From: Octopus vulgaris
Lineage: Eukaryota
Length of the DNA: 64,000 nucleotides
Direction: 5' to 3'
Assembly (NCBI GenBank): GCA_951406725.2
Contig: OX597815.1
Location: 57,040,001-57,104,000, forward strand
A program made the translations under genes and the position numbers. Below, one piece after another: positions 25,400 to 38,680 of this stretch. The first letter of the stretch is position 1, and each line of letters opens with the position of its first letter. The notes beneath the pieces were generated by a model. That model saw nothing but the letters and a program-made list of their open reading frames with translations. It did no database searches and was not told the origin of the DNA.

Positions 25400-25518
25400 G
25401 GCATCATGAATAAACAAGAAGTGTATCACCGAAGGTCAACATTACCAGCTGGTAAACTGTTAAGACGTGTTAACTCATTTGAAAAAGATCAGGACCCTTA
25501 TGAGGATTCAAATGACAA
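25400..25518 (+). CDS. Host-gene exon (GIMNKQEVYHRRSTLPAGKLLRRVNSFEKDQDPYEDSND)
   Basis: Acceptor ctgctttcttacAG; 119 nt open, protein-like frame; donor AA|gtaaat; phase 0 to 2. Confidence 0.65.
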
Positions 25519-25552
25519 GTAAATGTTTCTCTACATTTTGTTGAATAATTGA

Positions 25553-25592
<40 letters not shown>

Positions 25593-26719
25593 AGATGACA
25601 TATTTTATACAAGCATTTAGTATGATATGAGAATGACACATATTTTCACAAACCCACATGTACAATGAGCCAAACTACTTAAGTTTTACTTTGATAAATT
25701 TCTTTTTCAGACAGTAATGTGTGTGTGTGTGTGTGTGTGTGTTATTAAGGGCACTGAAGGTACATAATGTTTTAAAGATTCTTTGGTTGACATTTGCTAT
25801 TCTTTATTAGATTTTTCATTTTGGGGCTTTGAAGAAGTAATGGTAAGTTTGTTTTTATAGTATAGAATATGTTGATCACTCTTGGGTCATGTGTGTTGAT
25901 AAACAGAATAGTAATTTCTTCTATTTGTTTTCTTGATGTCTTTGGATGTATGACATTTAGTTTCATTGCATATGTAAGAAATACAGTTGAAGATAGAAAA
26001 ATAGGTAATGGATGTATACTCAGGAGTTATTGCTGTAAAACACCATCTCTGAAAAACACCACTTTCTTTCATTTCTTTGTTTAAAAAATTAACACACACA
26101 CACATACAGACACGCTTACACACATATACATACATACATACATACACACACATATAGATTCAAAATGACAAAGAACATCTCAAATAACCACTCCCAAAAC
26201 ACCTTTCCAAAACCTAAGGAAATAAATTTTTTCAACTAACTCACATACATATGAAAGGTTTGCGTTGAGTTCTCTCACTGTTTTTGAACTTTTGCAATAC
26301 AAATGCAGGTGTGTATGTGTCCACATTTGGGCAGTGGTTACCCTATAGTTGATGAGTTTTAACCTGAAATAAGCTGTTACACCACAGATGTTCTCAGACA
26401 TCTGTTATCTATCTTACGGTCTACAAGCAAGGAATTGAAAACCTTATCCACTGGAACATCTTTCATACATATACATGCACATATGTATGCACATGCAGAA
26501 GCATACACACACATATATTCTCTCTCTTTCTCCCCCCTCTCTCTCCCTCACATGCAAACACACACACACATTGCTTCTTTCTAAAAATCTTAGACAGAGA
26601 TAGTCAACCATTCTACTTTTGGGACAGTTTAAAAGAAATGTACTGTTAAAAATGGGGAGAATCTTAGAGTATTTTTTAAAATTCATGCCTTTGTTTCTTT
26701 TTTTTTTTTTTTTTTTTAG

Positions 26720-27118
26720 TCTAAAAAAATCATAGTCACCAGAAAACAGTCAAGATCACTCTGTTAGAAAGGAAAGGAAGGATGCTGATAATACTCAGTC
26801 AATACATGCACAAAATATGTAGCAAAACCACAAGTTGAGCAATCTAATTTAAATGTAACACTCCATTACAGTCAATTCAATAAACACACATAAATCATCT
26901 CCTAAAAATATTACATATTGTTGCTATATGTAGTACATTGAAGACTTACTTCCATGTCATGATTCAAGGAAAGATACACTCACCTTTATTCTCTCAGGAA
27001 TTAATGCACTGGCAGTGCTAATATACTGAGAACAATCTGACTCAATAAGTTACCTCACTTCCCTACAATAATTTAGTTAAAAGTGTTCCTGCTTCGCCAT
27101 TGTTTTATTGCAACACAA
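26720..27118 (+). pseudogene. Decayed 399-nt exon-like segment of the host gene
   Basis: T-run+AG acceptor and AA|gtaagt donor; phase 2-2 symmetric; protein-like pieces (SPENSQDHSVRKERKDAD, and KSVPASPL in a shifted frame) but several stops. Confidence 0.5.
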
Positions 27119-27166
27119 GTAAGTTTGGTAATTTTATCTGTACCTTTAATATTTATGTCTTAATAG

Positions 27167-27250
27167 TGAAATAACTCATAGAGACCACTCTTTAGAGCAG
27201 ACTTTGGATGAAGCAAAAGAGGAAAAAGAAGAAAATGATTTTCAAGTTGG
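27167..27250 (+). CDS. Host-gene exon (EITHRDHSLEQTLDEAKEEKEENDFQVG)
   Basis: Acceptor cttaatAG, with an in-frame alternative ctcatAG at 27180-81; purine-rich open frame; donor GG|gtgagt; phase 2-2. Confidence 0.65.
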
Positions 27251-29271
27251 GTGAGTTTTTAATTTCTGAATTTTATCTAAGGTATCCTAATGATAGTGAA
27301 TTGATTTACTGTTATAGTTTTATGTGATTGACTTTTCCTAACAACTAGCTACTATGGTCTCCTGAAATAGCTCATTTGAAATATAAGTATCTAGACAACT
27401 AGATAGTAAAACTGTTCCTTCTATTTAAAGGAAAAGGCTCTTTGTGTTCATTTAAGCATTATAAGAAGGGTGATTACACTGGTCTGCATTTGGGAATTAA
27501 AAAAAAATTTTATTCATAGATGTGATCTTACATATTCTTAGGTTGCTGATTTTAAATATCTAAACCATTTTGCTCTATCGCATAAGAATTTTCAATAAAA
27601 TATAAATTAATGATGTTAAAAAATGTGAATTTTTAATATATTATTACTTTATTAAAATGAAGCAAGTAATCATAGAAAAGCATATCGTTAGTTTTAAGAA
27701 CACATGTATTCCAACCAACATGAGATGAATCATGAATTAACATCAAATCAAATAAATGTTAAAAAAATATGCTCCTAATCGTTAGCTTACATATTGTTCC
27801 AAAAGAAGGAGGCCCTCTTTGAATTCTGTTTGTGCTGTGCATCTGGACCATCATGTTTCAATGACCAGCAGTAATCCGCCATCATGCTAACATTCCATTT
27901 TCCCTACTATCGAGTTTCTACTCTCTTTGTTTCTCACTGGAGTTCCCACAATTCTTGGGAAAATAGTCAAGATGTGTACAAAAAGTGCATCCTGATGCTC
28001 ATTCTAGACCCAAGTTGTTGGAAACTTCAAATTAGGTCTAGGATCATTTTTTCAAATTCTGGGGAGTAGCTGTTTCTCAAAAGATTTTGAACAATCTGCT
28101 TGAAGGAAAACAGGCATTCACCTTGACACTTGTTAATGCTTCCGCAAAATGCTTGTCTTTCATCAATTCCCAAATCTGAGGGCCAGCAAAGATTTCTGTC
28201 TTTAGCTTGCCTCATCTTATATGAGGAAATTTGACTCCAGGTACTTGAAAGCAGCTCCATTCTTGTTCAGAGCCTTCACAAAATTTTTCATAAGCCCTAA
28301 TTTGATGTGGAGTGGTGACAGCAGAATTTTCTTGGGATCAACTAGTGGCACAGCTTTCATGTTGTGATTTCCAGGTTAGAAGCTGGTTCTTGGTGGCCAC
28401 TCTTTTTGTTCATAGTGCTGGCTGTATGCTCTAGTATCCCAAAGACAAAGGAAACAAGGATATTTGGTGTGTCTCCCTTGAAGACTTAGCAGGAGAGCAA
28501 TAACTTTTAAATCACCACAAATGAGAAAATTGTAAATATGGTACTTGACAGTTATTAGTGTCTTCGTGAGTTTCTGATATTTGGACACAATGACCAATTG
28601 GTACAGATGCAGCTGTATTGCCATTGTAGAGAAGAACAGCCTTTAAACTTCTGTTAGAAGAATCAATGAAGAGCCCCCTTTCATCTGCTTTGTATGACAT
28701 CCCCATGTGTTCAATAAGGCCAGAAATATTTGAACAGAAAATGAAATAATCCTGTTTCTTAAAGAACTGAGTGAATTCTGCTTCATGATGGCAGTACCAA
28801 GCAAATGTTGTTCTAGGAGATAGGAGCTTTCAGTCTAGAGTCAAGTAACCATGCACTTTCTTTTGGAAGGCTAAGGTCTCTCACCAAGTCATTGAGTTCA
28901 ACTTATTTGAAGAGTTTGGGATTGTCATTTGTTGCTGGTTCATAGTCTACTTCCATCTCATTAGTATTACTGGTATCAGAGTCTGATGAAATTTCCCATG
29001 TTTCTTGTGGCACAAGTACAGGAATATTATCTTAGTATGGAACATGCTTTATTGTTGATGGAATATTATGCGATCCTTGATCTTCTTGTTGAATCCATCT
29101 ACTTTAATCATACAGAAATAGCAGTCATCATGGTGGTTCATACCATCAGTACTCCAAAAAGCATACATTTAAGTTTTCCAACTGACCGTATTTGGCGCTT
29201 GTTAATGCAACTTTTGCAAGCTTTGTGAGATGCAAATGGCTTGTCTTGGTCTCCCAGTTTGCAATAAAATA

Positions 29272-30781
29272 CCATAAAAACCCATGTAATTTATGCACTT
29301 TTTCGCAAAAGTAAAAATAAACTTTAGTGGGTGGGTAAATTACATGAGTAGATAATTTCCAGAATTTTTTTTAGAAATTTTTTCATTGTAAATGATGTAC
29401 AAAACAAACATTCATACTGGAAGTTGAGACATTTAATGTCAGAATAGGTTTTTTTTTTTTTCAGAAAAAATAGATATAATGAAGTTGACTTTTATTTATG
29501 CTGGACAGTATAATGCCTACCTTTTCTGTATAAATTTACTAAAACCATTAAATGGTTAACTACTTTTTGAAGTCTAATGTACAGGCTAGTAATCACGGCC
29601 CTGGCCATATTTTACATATTTTCTCAGTTGAGTAAAGTGCCATTATTGGTAATTAAACTTAATTTGCAATACCTGTGCATATCTATCAGCTTTGTTTTAG
29701 TTGATAATTCTTATCAACAACTTTTCCTGTGATTGTGGTTAGAGAAGACATACAGCTATATGCTAGAGATTGGACATAATCTCATGTGGGCAAGAAATGT
29801 AAAATAAAGTTTATTATAAAGAAATCCACCATCTTTCCAACAACAACCTTGGGTACCTTTTTGAATTTCATATGATAAACACTCATGGACATGCTTATAA
29901 AATCAAAAAACAACACAACACCCATGACTTTCAGAAACATTTTTTCATGCTCAGAATTACTGAAGCATGGAATAAATTACCTGCATCTGTTGTTAGCTAT
30001 CAAGACACTACTTCCTTCAAAACTTCCATGCTTCCTGAAATCCACCAACAGTACACCTGATGGCTTTTTTTTCTTTTGTTTTAGTTGTAGTGCACCTGAG
30101 CACAGTATATAACAATTTCCTTCATTATATCATATATACAGGCTCACAATTTGTAAAATAATACTTCGGTTATTTCTGGTTACATGGAGACACACAAACA
30201 CAGTCTCATACAGGTACATGCATGCATGCACATACAAACACACACAGAGTCTCATACAGTTATGTATACATATAAATACGCAATTTCATACTGTTACGCC
30301 TACACAAACACACTAAAACACACAGTCTCATACTGTTACATGCATGCAAAAACACACAGAATCAGCATCATATTTTTCATTTATTTATTATTATAAATTA
30401 TTATTATAACATCAAGGGAGGAGAAGGGTATACTGAGTGGCTAAAGCAACTGACTTTGTCAGGAGAAGGAAAGTATACTGAGCGAGTAAAACAGACTGAC
30501 ACATGTCAGTCCTACAAAACCGATTTTATTTATATAGACAACACAAACACTTTGTAATTTAATAGCTTTTAATGTGATACCTGTTTTAATGAAAATTTTA
30601 TAAAATCTAATCATTAGTAAGTGAAATTATGCTAAATACAACTAAATTGAAAACCTTTTCCCCTTTTCTGAAAACTTTTGGATGTGAATTTAAAATGAGT
30701 AGAGGCTATTTTTAACAATTTTTATCTTGAAAATCACCTGCGTAAATTACACAGGTGTGCAAATTACATGAGGTTTTACAG
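29272..30781. mobile_element. Non-autonomous pogo/Tc1-type element
   Basis: ~27-bp TIRs (ccataaaaacccatgtaattt, rc ctgtaaaacctcatgtaattt); TA at 29270-71 and 30782-83; Chapaev sequence resumes on both sides. Confidence 0.8.
29820..30130 (+). mobile_element. CR1-type LINE 3' fragment
   Basis: NTHGHAYKIKK..HFFMLRITEAWNKLPASVV, matching the TRGH..FF..R..WN.LP consensus. Confidence 0.8.
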
Positions 30782-31081
30782 TAAGCTAAATGACTGCACT
30801 TCAACAAAGGAGTAATATTACTCAAGGTATCTGAAGGGGTGAATTTATGCAGCCTCTAGATATATTCACAATCTGAAAATAAGGGAAAATGAATTAGATT
30901 TAATACTTAAGTCAATATAAGGTAAGCATTTTCATTGGTAATATACTTTATCATTTATGATAATGTATACAAAAAGAAAAAGAGTAATATTTTTGTATAA
31001 CTTGAGAACCTGATGTGCTAGAGATGAATGAAAAACACCATGAATCACTATTTGTCATATATATTTCAAAAAAGATACCAT

Positions 31082-31450
31082 AGGCACAGGAGTGGCTGTG
31101 TGATAAATAGCTTGCTTACTAACCACACAGTTCCAGGTTCAGTCCCACTACATGGCACCTTCGGCAAGTGTCTTCCACTATAGCCTCAGGCCAACCAAAG
31201 CCTTGTAAGTGGATTTGGTAGACCGAAACTGAAAGAAGCCCATTGTGTATATATATATATATATATGTACATGTTTATATGTCTGTGTTTTTCCCCCACC
31301 ATTGCTTGACAACCAATGTTGGTGTGTTTACGTCCCTGTAACTTAGTGGTCCGGCAAAAGAATAAGCCCAGGGGTCAATTTATTCGACTAAAGGTGGTGC
31401 TCCAGCATGGCCTCAGTTAAATGACTGAAACAAATAAAAGACTAAAAGAA
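31082..31450 (+). mobile_element. tRNA-derived SINE (CORE-like family)
   Basis: A/B-box-like head, ggcaagtgtcttc core, internal (TA)n, A-rich tail. Confidence 0.8.
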
Positions 31451-33381
31451 TACAGTCAATAAAAAAAATCATGCAGATAGAGAAATATGTTCAGTGGGTG
31501 CAGACAATTACTGAAAATTAGTAAACAGAATATTTCGTTTTGGATGTGTAATGTTTAATTTACAAGAAAAGGTGATAAATAATTCTGAGAAAATGAGTAT
31601 GTCTCAAAGATAACAGTTAATTTTTACAGGAATGGTGATAGGAACACATGTGAATTGATAATGCAAGCTATGTGAATGGATTGTAAAATTTACATGTGGT
31701 AGTGACCAAAAAAAACTTAAAAGTAGTTACCAGATTTAAGAATGTTAAGGCTCATAAGAATGACATCAAATGAAGCCATTCAGAGAAATTCAGCACTAAA
31801 GTCCCTTTATACCATATCACAACATTGATGAAGATTTGATGATCTGTTTAAAATTATTTTCAGTTTCTGTTTCGTTACTTCACATATGTGTCTCTCTTAA
31901 ACAATATGTCTCATTATTAATAAACCTAATGTGTCATGTTTCTTAAATTTTAAAATTTATGTACATGTGTATATGGTTTAGTATCCATTCCTCATCAATG
32001 AATGAGAGTCTTTGATAGACACAAGACACTTCTTTATGTTGCCATGTAATAGGAAAGAACCCAAAATCACATGTGGCAAAACAAACTGGTTAACCACACA
32101 GCTACACATTTGCTTTAGTAGTGTGTGTGTGGTGATGGTGATGGTAATGATGGATCTCTTGTTTGCTAATGAGGATTCAGTTATTTGATCAACAGATTTA
32201 TCTGTTCCTGAATTAACATGTAAGTGGTTGAGGTTTTCACCAACACATATGACAGTGTGTATGTAATAAGGTTGTACCCTTTGAAATGGAGTACAATGCA
32301 CCCAACATGCTTCTTTCCAGTTTTCATCTACTTTCATAACTTTGCATAGATACAATGTATGTCTATGCAAAGCTATAGAAAATGACATTTGCTCAAGAAA
32401 CCATACAGTGGGATTGTTGCATTCTATTTTTTAAACAAATGTTTTATTTTGATCAATTTTTTTTTCTTGGAGAAATAATAAAATATATTTTCCAATTTTG
32501 GTTTTTGTTTTAATAAATGAAATAGCATTAGTTTTTAAACTTGCATTGGTTTTTTTATTTCCTTATAACTTGAATTGTATTAAAAACATGGTAAGAACTT
32601 GCTTTTTGAAATATGTTATAGTTTTGATATTACAACTTTTAATATAAAGGAATAATTTTAAAATGGCTACAGAACAAATCATTTCAAGCTGTCAAAATGA
32701 ATAGAAGGATTTAAATTCTTATAAATTTTATAATAAATCTACTAACAATTGGTATTTCACTTGCATGTAAATATGTAATGATAATAGCCTTAGTTTGTAT
32801 AAGCAGTATAGGTTTTCTTAATTTTTTTCATGCAGTTTAAATTGTATTATTTATTATACAATTTTACTATTATACTGTTTTTGAAGAAGATAATTTTTGG
32901 ATTATTTTCAATTACCATATTTAGATGCATATGTATGGATCTATGTACACACATTTCCTGAATCTAAGGTTGAACTGAAAACCTTCAATTTTTAATGTAG
33001 TCTTCCAATTTTCTTATGCATTATAACATTGCTCTAGGACAGATGGGTGCTAAATGTAAATTCATTTTTGTTTGGTGTTATTTCTGAACATTATGTCTTG
33101 CTAATCTTTGAGATAAAAGGAAAGTACATTGCATATCCTACTAGACTGGTGTTGTTGATGAAGTTATTTTGCAGGTTGTTTGTTTTGGGAGAAAGATATG
33201 GGTAAAAAATGAATTCAAGTGGGTTTCAGTTCTTGAGAAAAAGTGTATAAAGTGTTTGGTTTGTGGAGGTTTGCGGAGTGAGGTACAGATAGCTAGTCAC
33301 TCTATTAAGTGGTACACAATTCAGAGATTCAGAAGACCTTTGTGGTGGCAGTGACAGCAGCAGTGGCAACAACAACAACAT

Positions 33382-33685
33382 TGGTCGTACCCGGACCTCA
33401 AGTACTGGCTCTACAAGATCAACCGAACCCCATAGACAGAACCTGCAGAAATTGCGGAGTGGGAGAGGAGACAGCAGAGCATGTCATCTACGACTGCCCA
33501 TGGATCCATTGCCCGCCGCAAATGCCCCCCCCCCCCCGGACACTCTGGCCAGTGACCCTCTCCTTGTCCGTCGGATCTGGGAAAAGTGGACTTCCGCTCC
33601 CAACCTGCCAGATGTCTCCCAACCCACAGAACAGACACAGTGAAATCACCCTTACCTGTCTTGTTGTTTAACAACAACAACAACA
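33382..33685 (+). mobile_element. Short 5'-truncated I/R1-group LINE end
   Basis: CCHC knuckle CRNCGVGEETAEHVIYDCP; (CAA)n on both sides. Confidence 0.7.
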
Positions 33686-34382
33686 GAAGGGTGATACAGC
33701 ATGCCTTCAGGTTAATGTCTGTGTGTGTTTATGAGAGAAAGATTGTTTAAAGGCAGATTGCCATTTTTAATGCTTTACAGAATGTTCATATGTGCTTTTG
33801 GCAGTTGCACAAGTTTGTGCTTTGTTAAACATTTTGTTGCCTTTAAAAGAGTTCTTAGGTTATAGATATATGATTGCCATGAAAGAATGTATTTATAGAG
33901 ATTTAGTGGTGTATTAGGTAGTCAGAGTATGTGAAAGAATACTTAAGATCAGATTAGTGCTTCATCATGGGTTAGCAACCATTATCTTGGCCTATGCCCC
34001 TCAGCTGGGGCTACCTGATTGACAGAAAACCGATTCTGTGACACCCTCTTTTCAGACTACCTCATTGACAAATGACAGGGAGCTTCAAGAAATGCCCCTC
34101 CCCTCAGAATTGACTAACTTCCACCCTTGAAAATTGTTGTTCCTTGTGCCAAAATTTGAAACAATTATTAAACAAGCAAGGAGAATTGTTAGAGCATAGG
34201 TAAAATTGCTGTGTAGCATCCCCAACTCCCCAGCCCTTCACATTCTTGATTTGAAATCTCACCAAGGCGAGATTTCAATCTCTACCTTACCTTCCATCGT
34301 TTTTGCGGTTGATTGACATCATCAACTGACTTCCTTCCACAAAATTTGCTCACTTGTGTTTAAATTGGAAGCCATTATTATC

Positions 34383-34420
<38 letters not shown>

Positions 34421-34440
34421 CATTATTATTATCATCATCA

Positions 34441-37400
34441 TTGCCTTTGCACAGCTTCTAACGCTGGAGATGTACTACACTGCCAGCTGTTCACTACCAA
34501 TGAACTAAGGTAACACCTCTTATTTTTCAAGCACCTTCCAGAGTATTCGAGCAGTTCCAAACAGTGCTGTTTTCTGCAAGTGCTCCACCCTTATTTGTTC
34601 CATGTACTTCTCGAGATTTTTGCTCACTGTTCCCAGGGCTCCAACAGTTACTGGTACTACTGCTACCTTTTTCATCGACCACAACTGCTTAACTTTCCAA
34701 GCTAACCTGTCATATCTCTCAACTTTTCTTTCTTCCTTATTGCATACCTTGTTGTCAGCTGAGCATGCTATATCTATGATCCAGCATAGTTTGTTTTCTT
34801 TCTCAATTAAGATTATGTCTGGCTTCCTGTTCTCTATCTCATGGTCAGACTGAATCATAAAATCCCATAGGATCTTTGCATTTCTATTTTCGATGATGCC
34901 TTCAGGTTTGTGGTCGTACCAATTTTTTGCTCTGTCAAGTCCATACTTGTTGCAGGGTGTCCAATGGACAAGCCTGGCTATATTGTCGTGGCATCTCTTA
35001 TATTCCTTCTGGGCTAGTGGCTGGTAATATGCCATACAGTTTCACTGTTTTGTCCACAGATTTCTGCTATGTTGTCTATTCTGTATTTTATATAGTTTGT
35101 TCTTAGTGCTTGCTCTTGGACAGCACAGATTAGAGCCTCTGTTTCCAGTTTTAAATCACTTTTAGTCATCCACAGCCATCTTTTTTCTCTGTCTGTCTAT
35201 CTTCAACATCCCTATGAAATTGACTATGCTTTCTTTTCTTTACCCACCTATTTTCAGTTTCATTCATTTTCAATTTCTTGTATAGTGCTTTATCTTTGCA
35301 ATCTTTCATCCTACACAAGCTTGACCTTCCTACTCCTAATAATAGCAGTTCTGTGGCATTCTTTACATACCATGCTATGTTGTTTTCTTCTGCTCTAATG
35401 CTGTGTTCACATTCAGTAAGTCCTCTTCCCCCTCTTTTTCTTGGTACATACAGTCTGTCTGTGTCACTTTTTGGGTGGAGTAACCCATATCTAGTTAGCA
35501 ACTCCCTTGTCTTTCTGTCTAAGCTGTTTAGTTTGTCTACTGTCCATGTGATTACCCCTGCTCCATATCTAAGGAGCCCAAGTGTTGATAGCTTCGATCT
35601 TATTCCATCCATTTAATTTCAACCTAAGGATCAGTCTCAGTCCGCACAAGTACTCCACCTTAAATTTTTCAGTCATTTCTTTCTCCATCAATTTATCCAT
35701 TTCCAGTATCCCCAAGTACTTATAGCCTGTCTTTTCTATCTGCTTGATAACCTCCCCCAATGGTATCATTAGCCCATCCATACATTTGATTTTGCCTCTC
35801 TTCAAGACACCACACTTTCTCAGTCCAAACTCCATTCTGATATCAGCACTGAAGGTATATGCTGTATCAACAAGGGAACTGACTTGGGCTTCATCTTTAC
35901 CATAAAGTTTGAGGTCATCTATGAATAACAAATGGTTGACTTTTTGCTGGCGGCTTTTGAATACATACCCAGCTTTTGCTTTCCTCAGAATCAGTGTTAG
36001 TGGTATCAAGCACAGTACAAAGATCAGTGGGGACAGGCAGTCCCCTTGGAAGATGCCCCTCCAAATTTCTACTGTCCCTAAACTTCTTCCGCATGTTGTC
36101 AGGTCCGTCCTCCAATTCGCCATATTTTTACCAAGCAGTCACTCAACATTTGATGCAATACCAAATAGGTTCATACACTCCAAATCCAAATATGTGGGAT
36201 CATATCATATGCCTTACGATAGTCGATCCATGACATGGCTAAGTTACTTTTCCTCCTCTTGCAGTCTCTAAGTACAGTTTTGTCTATCAGGAATTGATCC
36301 TTGGTACCTCTGCACTTATGCTTGGAACCCTTCTGCCCATGTGGCAGGACTCCATCTTTTTCAAGACATTCATACATTGACTCTGCGAGTATTCCACTCA
36401 ATAACTTCCACATAAGTGGCAAACAGGATATCGGCCTGTAATTGTTTATCGTATTGCCTTTTTCAATGTTTTTCAGGCACAACACTGTCCTACCCAATGT
36501 CAACCACTCTGGTGTTCCTTGGTCGGTATTTATCAAGGTGTTGAGTTGTGCAGCTCTTTGTGCATGACATTCACCAAATCTTTTGTTCCAGTAGCCTTGA
36601 ACTCCATCTGGTCCCAGGGCCTTCCAGTTGCTCGTTTTTTGCTGATTTCCTTCACTTCCTTAACTGAAATGACTAGTTCTGCCTGTTTTGGACAGACTAG
36701 TGTTTGTTTCAGTTCTTGCAACCATTCAACATCCTTCTTATGCACCTTGGCTTTGCTCCAGATGTCACTCCAAAACTTTTGACTTTCAATGTTATCTGGT
36801 ATCAACTTTTCATCTCTTTATAGAATCTCTTCTGATCTACTCTGAATGACCTATTCTGATGGTAACCCTTCATTCTTTGGTCATATCTTACCACCTTTGC
36901 TTTCTTTGCAATGAGGCACTGTTTCAGTTCCTCCACTACTACTTTCAGGCCCTTTCTTACAATATTATACTTCCTTTACAGCACCCTGTATTTTTGTTTG
37001 CTTTTAAGCTCCCCTTGCTCTTTTTGGTCTAATACAGAGATTTCCTTCAAGAGCATGTCTAACCCTACCTGGATTCTTCTTTTCCACCATGGATCTTTTC
37101 TTTTGTCACTCCCATTATGTTTCTTTTTCTTGACATCAACACCCACGTTTCTGCTACAACAATACTTACTGCCTTGATCAAATTATTTGTTTCTGTGATG
37201 TTTGTTCTGATGTATTTCAGAATTTCATTTCGATTCTTGGTGCAATTTCTATCAATCAACCTTTTTAAGGTTGCAAATAATGTCGCTATCGTTCTCCTGT
37301 AGTCTTGCTTTTATTCTGTCATAGATTGCCATTTGTTCATCTGTCATGTCGCCATTAGTTTTATTGTCATCTTTTAGATCATCTATATGTCTCTCATCAA

Positions 37401-37790
37401 GTAAACTACCACTGCTCCTTTCCTGTGCTATGGATTACACTTATTAGTAAGAGCTGTATTTTCATTGTTATCTCTGCTGTGAACCAACAATTTTTCCCTA
37501 TTGCTCTAGCTTCATCACAAAGTCTCTGTTCTGTGAGTTGAAACAATCCCTTTTCTCTCCTATGATCATACATATGTTGTTGGTAACCCCTAATTTGAGC
37601 ACCATTTACATCTACCGGGCTGCTCAGTTAGTAACACTCCATGACCACAGCATTAATTTGCTTGCGCCATCTATGTCATGTGTGGTGATCTATTTCTGGA
37701 TATCGACAGGCTGGAGCTGGACCAGAATCTCTTAGCCTACCGGGTGTAACACTGTCACCATCATTGGCTTCAGTTTCATTACTCACAATA
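34441..37790 (-). mobile_element. Dong/R4-clade non-LTR retrotransposon (RT plus restriction-like endonuclease), near full length, decayed
   Basis: NYRPISCL, WIDYRKAYD, GIFQGDCLSPL and LFIDDLKLY; RLE motifs HDNIA..HW, ILWDF, KPDI, IDIAC, K..Y; flanked by (TAA)n. Confidence 0.9.
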
Positions 37791-38039
37791 TTTTGTTTTT
37801 TCATTGTCACTCATATGAGTTCGCGATTATCAGGTTGTGCAATTACCAGTGTTTTTATAGTGACACCATCACTAGATGTATCATTAATCAGCTCATGAGG
37901 AGGAGGAGGCTCCACCCATTTCCTTTCATTATTATTATTATTATTATTATCATCACTGTTATCACCTATATTATTGTTTTTATGTGTAGTAGCAGCAGTG
38001 ATTGCTACACCGGCAACAGTAGCATGGGTGGGGGTAGTG

Positions 38040-38091
<52 letters not shown>

Positions 38092-38111
38092 CATTATTAT
38101 TATTATTAGTG

Positions 38112-38445
38112 AAGGTGCATGGCTCAGTGATTAGAGCATCAGGCTCACAATCATGAGGTACTGAGTTTGATTCCCAGACTGGGTTGTGTGTTGTGTTCTT
38201 GAGCAAACATTTTATTTCATGTTGCTCCATTTCATTCAGCTGTAGAAATGAGTTGCAACGTCACTGATGCCAAGCTATTTTGGCCTTTGCCTTTCCCTTG
38301 GATAACATCAGTGGCATGGAGACCAGAGGCTGGTATGCTTGGGTGACTGCTGATCTTCCATAAACAACCTTGTCCAGACTTGTGCCTTGGAGGGTAACTT
38401 TCTAGGTGCAATCCCATGGTCATTCTTGACTGATGGGTATCTTAT
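38112..38445 (+). mobile_element. tRNA-derived SINE (third family)
   Basis: A box tggctcagtga, B-box-like gagtttgattcc, gtgttcttgagcaa core; sits beside (TTA)n. Confidence 0.75.
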
Positions 38446-38454
38446 TATTACAAT

Positions 38455-38680
38455 TTAGCAGCAAGCTGGGGGAATCATTCACACATTGGGCAGGGCGCTT
38501 GGTGATATTTCATCCATCTTTACATTCTGAATTCAAATTGCACCGAGATTGACTTTGCCTTTCATATTTTGGGGGTTGATAAATTGAGTACTAGTGAGGT
38601 TAATTTACTGGGGTTAATTTATTTGACTATTCTCTTCTCCCAAAATTGCAGCCTTTGTCCTTCAGTAAAAAAGATTATTC
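38455..38680 (+). mobile_element. Meta-domain-like SINE
   Basis: gactttgcctttcat..ggggttgataaattgagtac core. Confidence 0.7.

Larger units (their letters stand above)
27477..30900 (-). mobile_element. Chapaev3 (CMC superfamily) transposon with decayed transposase, split by an insertion at 29272-30781
   Basis: TTA|CACTGG terminus; SRGCINSP, KLGDQDK, NHHDDCYFC, FIDSSNRSLKAVLL and ICGDLKVIALLL..TKYPCFLCLWD; other terminus not located. Confidence 0.82.

Noticed and set aside
30784-30921. Plus-strand exon with a gtaagc donor
   Set aside because: Has stops, and is explained as the antisense Chapaev3 N-terminus
38112-38190. tRNA gene (also the other SINE heads)
   Set aside because: A/B boxes run into SINE bodies with no complete cloverleaf
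37793-38230. Poly-N, poly-I and poly-L ORFs
   Set aside because: Translations of (TAA)n repeats and adjacent SINE sequence
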